A stretch of DNA of 48,121 nt from Armatimonadota bacterium (GTDB taxonomy: Bacteria > Armatimonadota > UBA10988). The position numbers and the translations under genes were made by a program. This document shows positions 9,822-18,501 of this stretch, piece by piece. The notes beneath the pieces are model-generated. The model saw only the letters and a list, made by a program, of their open reading frames with translations. It was not told the origin of the DNA and searched no databases. The DNA is taken from contig JACRKZ010000113.1 in assembly GCA_016235455.1 (NCBI GenBank), positions 1-48,121 of the forward strand, given 5' to 3'. Every line of letters begins with the position of its first letter. The stretch's first letter is position 1.

Positions 9822-12596
9822 ATGCTCATGGCCACGCTCAGACGCGCTGGATTCGGGATGGTCTGCCTGGCGCTCGCCACGGCGACACTGGCCCAACCGT
9901 TGGCGCCCGACCAGCCCAACGCCTTCGCTTTCGCCCCGCGCGAGGCCCGCTTTGTGCGGGTGCTGCTGGGCGAGACCAGTAATGGCCAGCCTTGCCTTGA
10001 CGAGATCGAAGTGCTCTCACCCGCTGGTGCAAACCTGGCGCGTGAGGGCCAGGCGACGGCCTCCTCGGCGCTGATCGGCTACGCCATCCACCAGATAGCC
10101 AACCTCAACGACGGCCAGTATGGGAACGAGCATAGCTGGATCGCCGCGGGCAACGAAGGCGAGTGGGCGCAGATTGAGCTGGCCAGGCCCGCGCCGGTGG
10201 CCAAGGTGGTCGTCTCGCGCGACCGCGGCGGCAAGTTCCGCGACCGCTGGCCCGACGCGCTGGAGATCCGGTTGTCGCTCGACGGCCAGACCTGGACCAC
10301 GGTGGCCAAGGTCGGCAACCTGAGCACGCTCGGCGCCAAGCCCACTTGGGACGAACTGCTGGCCTATGCCTTCGCCGCGGAGCAGAGCACTTGGTCGCGC
10401 GTCTCCACCACCGACCACCTGTCACCGCTGGTCACCGACCGGCCAGCCGAGCCGGGTGGCGAACCGTACTGGTCGAAGCTGGCCCACCTCGGCCCAGCCG
10501 ACCGGCTGCTGACGCAGTTCGGCGACATGGCCGAGCGCCTGGCCGCCAAGGGTGTCGACGTGTCCGCCGAGCGCGCGCAGTTGGCGCGATTGCGCACCAG
10601 CCGGGCAGCCGCCGAGGCCGACACGTGGTGGCGCGAGGCACGCCTGGCCAAGCGACAGCTCATGCTGCGCGACCCCGACCTGGCTGCGCTGACCAGCATC
10701 CTGTTCGTCAAGCGCCATCCCTACCTGTCGTCGCACAACTACAGCGATGTGCTCGACTCGCAGTTCAAGTCCGGCGGCGGCGTCTGTCGGCTCGATCTGC
10801 CACGGCGCGACGGCCGGCTCGATCCGGCCGCGGCCACGTTGACCACGCTGTTCGACGGCACCAAGGGCATCGCCCGCGACGCGGTCATAGACGGCCTGGG
10901 CCGCCGCGTGATCTTTGCCTTTCGCCCGAGCGAAGTGCCTGGCGACACGTCGCCTTACTGGCACCTGATGTCCACCACGCTCGACGGCAGCGACCTCAAG
11001 CAGCTGACGGACGGGCCGTTCCACGACTACTACCCCTGTCCCCTGCCCGACGGCGGCCTGGCCTTCATCACCACGCGCTGCCGCGCGCGCTTCCTGTGCT
11101 GGCGGCCGCAGGCCTTCGTGCTGTTCAGGATGGACGCGGACGGAGGCAACGTGCAGCCGCTATCGCACGCCAACCTGTCGGAGTGGACGCCGGCCACCAT
11201 GCGTGACGGCCGCATCCTCTGGACGCGGTCCGAATACGTGGACAAGGGCGCCGATTTCGGTCATACGCTATGGGCTATCCATCCCGACGGCACGCACCCC
11301 GAGCTGATTTACGGCAACGACACGCCCAACTGCTACATGGGAGCGCGACAGGTGCCCGGCTCGCGCGAACTGCTCTGCACGCTGGTCAGCCACGGCGGCG
11401 ACCACAACGGCCCGCTGGCGCTGATCGATACGGCCAAGGGCCCGTTCGACACGGCCGCCATCACCAACATCACGCCCGACGTGACGCCGCAGTACAACAT
11501 GACCTGGATTCGCCGCGAGTGCTTCCGCGACCCGGTGCCGGTGACCCGCGACTACTACGTGGCCAGCCATGCTCCTGCCGACCGCTGGGGGCTTTACCTG
11601 GTCGACCGCTGGGGCAATCGCGAGCTGCTCTACCTTGACCCGGCCATCGGCTCCATGGAGCCGACGCTGCCCGCCGAGCCGACGCCCGCACCGGTCCTGG
11701 CTCCCGCGCCGAAAGACCGCGCCGGAGAACCGGGGTACGGCAGCTTCACCGTGGCCGATGTCTACCAAGGCCTGACTCCGGCCGTCCCGCGCGGTCGGAT
11801 CAAGTGGCTGCGCGTCTGCCAGGAAGTGCGCGCCGACCTGGACAAGCTGCCTAACGGCGAGTTCGCCAAGGACTCGGGCGACGCGTTCCAGGACGTCTAT
11901 GCCACGCCCATCCACCGCGTCAACGGCCCGTATGGCTGGCCCTCGTACGTGGCCAAGTCCTCGCTCGGCCTGGTGCCCGTGGAGGCGGACGGCTCGGCCA
12001 GCTTCAATGCGCCGGCAGACAAGGTGCTGTATTTCGAGGTGCTCGACGAGAATCTCAACGAAATCCAGCGCATGCGCAGCGTGGTGCAACTCCAGCCCGG
12101 TGAGCGCCGCGGCTGCATCGGCTGTCACGAGGACCGCCAGACCGCGCCGCCCAGCCGCCGCACCATCGCCGCCAACCGCCCGCCGAGCTCGATTGAGCCG
12201 CCGCCCTGGGGAGCCGTGCCCTTCAGCTATGAGCGCGTGGTGCAACCGGTGCTCAATGCCAACTGCGTCCGCTGCCACCAGCCCGGCGGCTCGGCCAAGC
12301 CCAGCCTGACCGCCACGCTCGACCCCGAGCGCGTGCCGGAATCCTACCGCAGCCTGATCGCCGGCGGCTTCGTCCACTACTTCGACATGACCTACGGCCT
12401 CCGCCACCACAAGGCCCAGCCGCTGAGCTTCGGTACGCTGGCCAGTCGGCTGCTGCCCGTGCTCGACGGCGACCACCACGGCGTGAAGTTGAGCCTGGAC
12501 GAGAGGCACGCGATCAAGTGCTGGATCGACCTGAACTGCCCGCTGTGGCCGGATTACGTCCGGCGCGAGAACCGGCCGGCGGTGGCGGCGCGGTGA
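9822..12596 (+). CDS. Secreted HzsA-related dihaem protein: discoidin/F5-8C (CBM32-like) domain + propeller + HzsA middle-domain-like region + cytochrome c domain
   Basis: Signal peptide; discoidin motifs (NLAREGQATASS, NLNDG, SWIA, WAQIEL, SLDGQTW); PCPLPDGGLAFITTRC, DGRILWTRSEYVD; LGLVPVEADGSASFNAPA...QPGERRGCIGCHE; VQPVLNANCVRCH (two CxxCH). Confidence 0.88.
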   Translation: MLMATLRRAGFGMVCLALATATLAQPLAPDQPNAFAFAPREARFVRVLLGETSNGQPCLDEIEVLSPAGANLAREGQATASSALIGYAIHQIANLNDGQYGNEHSWIAAGNEGEWAQIELARPAPVAKVVVSRDRGGKFRDRWPDALEIRLSLDGQTWTTVAKVGNLSTLGAKPTWDELLAYAFAAEQSTWSRVSTTDHLSPLVTDRPAEPGGEPYWSKLAHLGPADRLLTQFGDMAERLAAKGVDVSAERAQLARLRTSRAAAEADTWWREARLAKRQLMLRDPDLAALTSILFVKRHPYLSSHNYSDVLDSQFKSGGGVCRLDLPRRDGRLDPAAATLTTLFDGTKGIARDAVIDGLGRRVIFAFRPSEVPGDTSPYWHLMSTTLDGSDLKQLTDGPFHDYYPCPLPDGGLAFITTRCRARFLCWRPQAFVLFRMDADGGNVQPLSHANLSEWTPATMRDGRILWTRSEYVDKGADFGHTLWAIHPDGTHPELIYGNDTPNCYMGARQVPGSRELLCTLVSHGGDHNGPLALIDTAKGPFDTAAITNITPDVTPQYNMTWIRRECFRDPVPVTRDYYVASHAPADRWGLYLVDRWGNRELLYLDPAIGSMEPTLPAEPTPAPVLAPAPKDRAGEPGYGSFTVADVYQGLTPAVPRGRIKWLRVCQEVRADLDKLPNGEFAKDSGDAFQDVYATPIHRVNGPYGWPSYVAKSSLGLVPVEADGSASFNAPADKVLYFEVLDENLNEIQRMRSVVQLQPGERRGCIGCHEDRQTAPPSRRTIAANRPPSSIEPPPWGAVPFSYERVVQPVLNANCVRCHQPGGSAKPSLTATLDPERVPESYRSLIAGGFVHYFDMTYGLRHHKAQPLSFGTLASRLLPVLDGDHHGVKLSLDERHAIKCWIDLNCPLWPDYVRRENRPAVAAR

Positions 12597-12599
12597 GCG

Positions 12600-13034
12600 C
12601 TACGGAGTCAGGACCGTGAGCTGACCGCGGCCGAGGAAGCGGCGGAACCCTCGGTCGAAGGTGACGACGTGCTCACCCAGGCTCAACGCCGCCGCGGCAA
12701 TGGCCGCGTCGGGGATGTCGTTGCCCGCCAACGCATGGGTGACGCACAGGTGCTCGAGTGTCGGCCACTCCGCGCCGCACTGGGCCGCGACGACGCCGGG
12801 AGCGGAGAGCAGTGCCCGCACAAACGCCCAGGCATCGGCCACGGGCGTGGGCACGGCGAACACCTTGGGGTGCGTTACCACGCGCACGAAGCTGGCCACC
12901 ACCATGGGCAGCAACGTCAGGACAGCGCCGTGCTCGGCTTGCGCCAGCCGCGTAGCCAGCCAGGCATGGGCCACGGCGTGATGCGGATGGTCGAGCCGCG
13001 ACGCGGCTACCAGCACATTCACGTCAGGCGCCAT
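12600..13034 (-). CDS. vapC: VapC-family PIN-domain ribonuclease toxin
   Basis: PDVNVLV, HPHH, SFVRVVTHPKVF, GNDIPDAAIAA, VTFDRGFRRF; 144 aa; start overlaps the antitoxin 3' end. Confidence 0.92.
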   Translation of the reverse strand: MAPDVNVLVAASRLDHPHHAVAHAWLATRLAQAEHGAVLTLLPMVVASFVRVVTHPKVFAVPTPVADAWAFVRALLSAPGVVAAQCGAEWPTLEHLCVTHALAGNDIPDAAIAAAALSLGEHVVTFDRGFRRFLGRGQLTVLTP

Positions 13035-13281
13035 GCGGCCCTTCGCCTTCTTCCATCGCGTCCCACAGCGCGCGGTTGGTAAGCGCGTCCTCAACTGCCG
13101 GCAGCAAGCCGCTGCCGCCATCGAACACCGGCAGCGCGACTACTTGGCCTGTCCCGGACGTGGGCCGCAGGCGCAGGGCCAGGCCTTCTTCGACCAGCCG
13201 CGTCAGCGTCGTGCGCTCCCGGACCGCCGTGGCCTTGGCTTGGGCGACCAGCTCGCTGTTGAGGTCAAGCGTTGTGCGCAT
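13024..13281 (-). CDS. vapB: VapB-type ribbon-helix-helix antitoxin
   Basis: MRTTLDLNSELVAQAK...TLTRLVEEGLALRL...LPVFDGGSGLLPAV; 85 aa directly upstream of the PIN gene, with a GGAG RBS. Confidence 0.88.
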   Translation of the reverse strand: MRTTLDLNSELVAQAKATAVRERTTLTRLVEEGLALRLRPTSGTGQVVALPVFDGGSGLLPAVEDALTNRALWDAMEEGEGPHGA

Positions 13282-13292
13282 GGGTGTCTCCG

Positions 13293-13334
13293 TGCAGATA
13301 TCTGCATTGTAGATCGTGGGGCATTGGGCCGCAA
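13293..13334 (-). promoter_or_regulatory. vapBC promoter and palindromic operator
   Basis: Minus strand TTGCGG-17 nt-TACAAT (13334-13306), abutting the perfect 14-bp palindrome TGCAGATATCTGCA (13293-13306). Confidence 0.75.
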
Positions 13335-13366
13335 CGGGTAGCGTGCCGGCGCTCGGCGGCGCTCAG

Positions 13367-13492
13367 CTCCACGCCGGCCACCGTGGGGGGAAGCTGAGCC
13401 CGGACGGGCAGCACGCGACCAAGGGCTGGATCGACCCTGACTGCCCGCTGCGGCCGGACTACAAGCGGCGCGAGAACCGGCCGGCGGTGGCC
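13367..13492 (+). repeat. Decayed direct copy of the 3' end of the second HzsA-like gene (12462-12587)
   Basis: Gapless alignment over 126 nt with 23 mismatches by hand count: LHAGHRGGKLSPDGQHATKGWIDPDCPLRPDYKRRENRPAVA vs LDGDHHGVKLSLDERHAIKCWIDLNCPLWPDYVRRENRPAVA. Confidence 0.93.
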
Positions 13493-13744
13493 GTAGTCCT
13501 CGATGAGGCAGCGCTCGCAGCACGCCACCATGGCATCGCACTCGGCCAGGCGCACCGCGCGGAGCAGGTCGGAGTTGGCGAGACAGCCCTTGGCGAACAG
13601 CGTCTCGCGCAGCCGATGGAGCGTCGGGCCGAGCATCTTGGCGGCCGCGCGTTCGAGCAGCGAGGCTGTCAGGTTGCCGACAATGCCGCCCAGGAACAGG
13701 CTGCCCGCGCACGATCCCGTGGCCCATAGCGTTGTGACATCCAC
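13493..13744 (-). pseudogene. Probable truncated N-terminal gene fragment
   Basis: A GTG at 13744 opens ~84 protein-like codons (DVTTLWATGSCAGSLFLGGIVGNLTASLLERAAAKM...NSDLLRAVRLAECDAMV) that run directly into the antisense of the 13367-13492 repeat. Confidence 0.4.
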
Positions 13745-13858
13745 GTCGCCCACACCCCAGCTAACACAAACATACCAGCCTGGCCGAGCGGCCGCAACCA
13801 CGCGACCAGCCTCAGCCACGCCGCCCTGCCTTACAATGCACTCACTACGGAGCGTCGG

Positions 13859-14962
13859 ATGCGCGTGGCAGGGCGTTTGTTGGCGATGGCGGTGCTGCTC
13901 GCAGCGCCGCTCGCGGCGCAGGAGTCGTACCACCTCGAAGTGGCGCGCGTCTGGAACGCCGTGCAGACCTACGAACAGACGCTGACCCGCACCTCGGGCG
14001 AGGTGCGGCAGGTTGACCTGTACATGGCTGTGCCGCCGGCCCTGCCCAATGCGCAAGAGAGCATCGTGCGCAAGTGGTGGCTGGACGGCGTGGCCATCGA
14101 GCCGCAGCGGGCCGCGTGCTCGGACCCCGTCGACCGGCTGTTCGGCAATACCATCCTGACCTACCGGCTGCCCTACCTGCTCGGCGACCGCCCAGCCACG
14201 GTGAAGGTCACTACGTTCGCCCGGTTGACCTCGACCCGTCTCGCGGCCGGCCCGCCGACGCCGGCGCAGACCATGACCCTCACCGACGCCGAACGGCGCG
14301 CCGCCACGCAGGAGAGCGGTGTGACCGACTACAGTCAGCCCGCGTTTCAGGCCTGGTACCGCGCCCTGGGGCTCAACCAGCGGCCGGCGGGCGAGACGGA
14401 TCGCGGGTATGTGGCGCGGGCCGGCGTGGCCATCGGTCGATGGTTCCGAGCCGGCCACACTGACGCCGGAGGCGATGGCTGGAAGGGCTCGGCCGTGGTC
14501 ACTCGCCGGCAGCTCAACGGCACGACCATTGCCATCGACTGCGTCCCGACGGCGGTGTTGCTGGCCACGCTGTTGCGAGCGCCAAAGGACGATGGGTCGC
14601 AGATTCCCGCGGTCATCGCCAACGGCTGGCTGGTGGACAAACGCCTAACTGCCACGCCGGTCGGGCACGCCCTGGTCCGCTACTGGGATGCCACCGCGCA
14701 GGCCTGGTTGTGGGCCGACATGACCGCGGCCCTGCGGCCCGAGGGCGATCTGGCCCGCCCGGAGCCCACATTGCGGCAGTTGTACGACGTGGTCAACCAG
14801 CAGAAGGACATCCTCATCGAGGAGCTCGGCGGAGGCGTCAGGCCCGAGCCCAGCCAGCCCGTCTACGACGGTGTCGGCCCGCTGACGACCACGTACCGCT
14901 TCCGCGGGGCGGCGGCGTCCATCGACACCACCCGGCAGATCAGTTTCACTGAGTTGCGTTAA
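13859..14962 (+). CDS. Secreted transglutaminase-like domain protein
   Basis: Signal peptide (LLAAPLAA-Q); Cys-His-Asp-type motifs IDCVPTAVLLATLLRA, IPAVIANGW, GHALVRYW, WLWADMT; TACAAT at 13832 and GGAG RBS upstream. Confidence 0.75.
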   Translation: MRVAGRLLAMAVLLAAPLAAQESYHLEVARVWNAVQTYEQTLTRTSGEVRQVDLYMAVPPALPNAQESIVRKWWLDGVAIEPQRAACSDPVDRLFGNTILTYRLPYLLGDRPATVKVTTFARLTSTRLAAGPPTPAQTMTLTDAERRAATQESGVTDYSQPAFQAWYRALGLNQRPAGETDRGYVARAGVAIGRWFRAGHTDAGGDGWKGSAVVTRRQLNGTTIAIDCVPTAVLLATLLRAPKDDGSQIPAVIANGWLVDKRLTATPVGHALVRYWDATAQAWLWADMTAALRPEGDLARPEPTLRQLYDVVNQQKDILIEELGGGVRPEPSQPVYDGVGPLTTTYRFRGAAASIDTTRQISFTELR

Positions 14963-15029
14963 CCGCTGGCGCCGGCAGGCGTGGACGCATCCATGGCGAA
15001 CCTGGGGCCCACTGCCCAGGAACACGCCG

Positions 15030-18000
15030 TTGGCACTCACCATGTTGCTCGTCGCGTTGCTCACCCAGCCGGCATGGCACCGCGTGGCCTATGAGGACGC
15101 GGGCGCCGGCCAAGCCGTCTTCCTCCAGACCGGTGAGCGCTACCGCTTCTCGCCGGCCGAGATCGCCGAGTTGCCCGAGGCGCTGCGCACCGTGGCCTTC
15201 GGCGAGCAGGTGGTGTATGGCTTTGGCGGGCTCAAGCCCACCGCGGCCTACCGACTGCGGCTGGGCCTGGCCTCGGAACTAGTGCGCGAGCAGCGCATCA
15301 AAGCTGGCAGCGCCGTGCTGGCCGGCCGGCTGAGGCTGGAGCCGGGCAGGTCCGCGGTCGAGGAGTGGACGCTGCCGCCCAGCGGCTACGCCGATGGCCG
15401 GCTGACGGTGACCATCGAACGCCTGACCGGGCCGAACGCCGTGGTCGGCACCATCGAGGTGCTGAGCACCGATGCCAAGCCGCTCGCACCCATCCCGCCG
15501 CAGCCGCCCGAGCCGTTGCTGACACTGGCGCGGCGCACGGCGGTCCAGGCCGAACTGCCCAGGCTCACGCCCCGGCTGAGCCCGCGACCGGCCGACGTGG
15601 TCAGCCTCAACGGCACTTGGCAGTTCCGGCCCGAGGCCGGCGCCGAGCCCAAGCCCATCGCCGTGCCCGGTGAGTGGGTCATGCAGGGCTTTGCCGTGAA
15701 GCCCAACGCCAGCGCCATCTACCGCCGATCGTTCGACGTGCCCGCGGCCTGGGCCGGGCAGCGCCTCAAGCTGCGCTTCGATGCGGTCTACAGCGCCGCG
15801 CGTGTGCTGGTCAACGGCCGTGAGGCGGGGCGGCATGAGGGCGGCTTCACGCCGTTCGAGCTCGATATCACCGACCTGGCCTCTCCGGGCGCCAACGCAC
15901 TGACCGTTGAGGTGTGCAACGAGTCCCTGGCCGACACGCTGTCCTGCGGTACGCAGTATGCCGCCCATCCGCTGGGCGGCATTCCGCGCAAGGTGACGCT
16001 GTTCTGTCTGCCGCGGGTCAACCTGGCCGAGATCAAGACCAGCACGCGCTTCGACGCGATCTTCCGCCGCGCGGCGCTGACGGTGCAGCTAGCGGTGGCC
16101 AACGAGAGCGGCGTCACCGCGCGAGGCGTGGGCTGCACGGTGTCGCTGGATGGCGCCGTCAAAGGCGGCGTGACCATCGCGGCCATCGCGCCGGGCGAAG
16201 TAGCGCGGCGCAGTGTCGAGATAACGCTGACCGAGCCCCGTCGCTGGGATCCCGAGCATCCCAACCTGTACCGACTGACCGTTGCCGCCAGCACCGGCGC
16301 GTCGGCCGATCAGACCATCGGGCTGCGCCAGATCGAGGTGCGCGGCCGGCAGGTGATGGTCAACGGCCGGCCGATCAAGCTGCACGGCGTCTGCCGCCAT
16401 GAGGTGCACCCGACGCTGGGCCGGTCCCTGACGCCCGAGCTGTGGCGGCGCGATGCCGAGCTGTTCAAGGCGGCCAACTGCAACTTCATTCGCACCAGCC
16501 ACTACCCGCCGGCCGAGGAGTTCCTGGCCGAGTGCGACCGGATCGGGCTGTTTGTGGAACTGGAGGCGCCGCTCTGCTGGATCGGCCACGGCGCCGCGCC
16601 CATCTGGGGCCAGTGGGACTATCGCGACCCCAAGTACCTGCCGGCCATGCTGGCCGCCAACCTGGAGACGGTGGCCGCCAGCTACAACCATCCCAGCGTG
16701 CTGATGCGCTCATTGGCCAACGAATCGGCCTGGAGCGACAGCTTCAAGACGGTCGCGCAATACGTGCAGGCGGCCGACCCCACGCGGCCCACGACCTTCC
16801 ACGACCAGTGCTGGGGCGGCTTCAACAACCATGGCAGCGGGCAGATGCCCATCGGCAACTACCACTACCCCGGCCTCGACGGCGGGGCCAAATGCAACAC
16901 GGAGAACCGGCCGATCACGTTCGGCGAGTACTGCCACCTGAACTGCTACAACCGTCGCGAGATCGTCACCGACCCTGGCGTGCGCGACGACTACGGGCTG
17001 GCGCTGGCCAGCATGTACGACGCCATGTACCACTCAGACAACCTGGGCGGGTCGATCTGGTCCGGCATCGACGACCTGTTCCTGCTGCCCGACGGCCGGG
17101 CCGTAGGCTATGGCGAGTGGGGCGTGATCGACGGCTGGCGGAGGCCGAAGCCGGAGTACCAGCACGTGAAGGAGGGCTATTCGCCGGTGTGGATTGATGA
17201 CCGCAGCCAAGTGGCGAGCCATAGGCAGACGCCCGTTGGGATTCGTGTCGAGAACCGCTTCGACTTCACCGACCTGTCGGAGCTGCGCATCGCCTGGTCC
17301 ACACCGACGGAGAAGGGCCAACTGCGAGCCCAGCTTCCGCCACGGCAGCATGGCTACCTGATCGTCCCAGTCCACCCGGCACCGTCGCGATCGACGCCAC
17401 TGGACCTGGCGTTCATCCACCAGGGCCGTGAGGTGCAGCGCACGCGGATATGGCTTCGCCCGGCGATCGCGTTCGGCGGGGATCGACCGGTGTTGCCCCC
17501 CGCTCGGGTCGAGCGTGTCGGTAACCGGGCGGTCATCAGCGGCCGAGGCAACTGGGAAGTGGACCTCGGCAGCGGCCAGATCGTCGCGGGCCGGATCGCC
17601 GGTCAGCCGGTGGTCACCGGCGGACCCCACTTGCTCCTGCTGCCGCTGACCACCGCGCCCTGCGCCACGGAACACGCGAAGGACATCCCGCCGTTGACAG
17701 AAACCTGCCACAACTGGCGATCCGAGAGCGTCGAGGTCAAGCCAACCGAGGTGGGCGCCGACATCGTGGTTCGCGGGCGTTACGACGAGGCAGCGGGCAC
17801 GTATACGCTCAGCTTCGGCCGCGATGCGACGCTGGCGGTGGGCTACGACTTTGCGCTGAGCGCGGCCATCGACCCGCGCCAGATCGGCTTGGCGTTTGAC
17901 TTGGACGGCCGCTGTGACACGCTGCGCTGGCGCCGTGTGCCATGGACGACCGGGTTCTGGCCGGACTTCGGGCATCGGCGCACCTTTGGCGCCTCCGTGG

Positions 18001-18425
18001 GCGACTGGTGGCAACAGGCGCCGTGGTCCACGTACCCGACCGACCACATTGGTCGGATCGAGGGCGAGGCCCGCGCCAGGTCAGGTCGTGCCGCGCCAGC
18101 CGACGGACGCCAGGTACCAACCTGGCCTTGGTCGTTGGATGAGAACGCCCTTGGCACCGCCGACTTCCGCGCCACGCGCCGCGGCATACTCAGTTCCAGC
18201 CTGACGGCCGCCGATGGCACTGGCCTCGCCCTGGACGGCGCTGGCCGCGTGGCCGCTCGCGCCTGGCTCACGCCCACGGGCGTACGCTGGCTCGCGGCGA
18301 CCTTCCACACCGGCGGCGGCGACAGCTTCCTCTCCGGCCACTACGCCGCCGAGCGCCGGCCGCTCAAGGCGGGCGAGGTGGTTCGGGGCGAGGTGAGCTG
18401 GCGCCTCCTGCCGCCCTCGCGCTGA
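15030..18425 (+). CDS. Glycoside hydrolase family 2 (beta-galactosidase-like) with an extra N-terminal beta-sandwich
   Basis: SLNGTWQF, LRFDAVYS, HEGGFTPFELDIT, LHGVCRHE, RTSHYPP, NHPSV..LANES (acid/base), GEYCH (nucleophile), WGVIDGWRRPKP. The start may be ATG 15042. Confidence 0.92.
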   Translation: MALTMLLVALLTQPAWHRVAYEDAGAGQAVFLQTGERYRFSPAEIAELPEALRTVAFGEQVVYGFGGLKPTAAYRLRLGLASELVREQRIKAGSAVLAGRLRLEPGRSAVEEWTLPPSGYADGRLTVTIERLTGPNAVVGTIEVLSTDAKPLAPIPPQPPEPLLTLARRTAVQAELPRLTPRLSPRPADVVSLNGTWQFRPEAGAEPKPIAVPGEWVMQGFAVKPNASAIYRRSFDVPAAWAGQRLKLRFDAVYSAARVLVNGREAGRHEGGFTPFELDITDLASPGANALTVEVCNESLADTLSCGTQYAAHPLGGIPRKVTLFCLPRVNLAEIKTSTRFDAIFRRAALTVQLAVANESGVTARGVGCTVSLDGAVKGGVTIAAIAPGEVARRSVEITLTEPRRWDPEHPNLYRLTVAASTGASADQTIGLRQIEVRGRQVMVNGRPIKLHGVCRHEVHPTLGRSLTPELWRRDAELFKAANCNFIRTSHYPPAEEFLAECDRIGLFVELEAPLCWIGHGAAPIWGQWDYRDPKYLPAMLAANLETVAASYNHPSVLMRSLANESAWSDSFKTVAQYVQAADPTRPTTFHDQCWGGFNNHGSGQMPIGNYHYPGLDGGAKCNTENRPITFGEYCHLNCYNRREIVTDPGVRDDYGLALASMYDAMYHSDNLGGSIWSGIDDLFLLPDGRAVGYGEWGVIDGWRRPKPEYQHVKEGYSPVWIDDRSQVASHRQTPVGIRVENRFDFTDLSELRIAWSTPTEKGQLRAQLPPRQHGYLIVPVHPAPSRSTPLDLAFIHQGREVQRTRIWLRPAIAFGGDRPVLPPARVERVGNRAVISGRGNWEVDLGSGQIVAGRIAGQPVVTGGPHLLLLPLTTAPCATEHAKDIPPLTETCHNWRSESVEVKPTEVGADIVVRGRYDEAAGTYTLSFGRDATLAVGYDFALSAAIDPRQIGLAFDLDGRCDTLRWRRVPWTTGFWPDFGHRRTFGASVGDWWQQAPWSTYPTDHIGRIEGEARARSGRAAPADGRQVPTWPWSLDENALGTADFRATRRGILSSSLTAADGTGLALDGAGRVAARAWLTPTGVRWLAATFHTGGGDSFLSGHYAAERRPLKAGEVVRGEVSWRLLPPSR

Positions 18426-18450
18426 ACGATGCCGGTACGCAGACAATCGC

Positions 18451-18501
18451 TTGCCCTCGGACCCGCCGATCAGGCATACTAGCCCGCTGGGAACGGTACC
18501 A
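18451..18501 (+). promoter_or_regulatory. Putative promoter and LacI-type operator of the GH36-like gene
   Basis: TTGCCC-18 nt-CATACT (18451-18480), followed by TGGGAACGGTACCA (18488-18501) overlapping the start codon. Confidence 0.55.

Noticed and set aside
6582-12596. Anammox hydrazine synthase operon
   Set aside because: No hzsB/hzsC or hao-like genes; the proteins carry extra lectin-like domains and sit among heterotrophic CAZymes.
12462-13492. Diversity-generating retroelement TR/VR pair (also considered for 39101/40242)
   Set aside because: Mismatches are not concentrated at adenines of either copy, and there is no reverse transcriptase in the window.
13316-13729. 137-aa plus-strand ORF as a real gene
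   Set aside because: It is a read-through of the decayed HzsA-like 3' copy into the antisense of a gene fragment, with no RBS.
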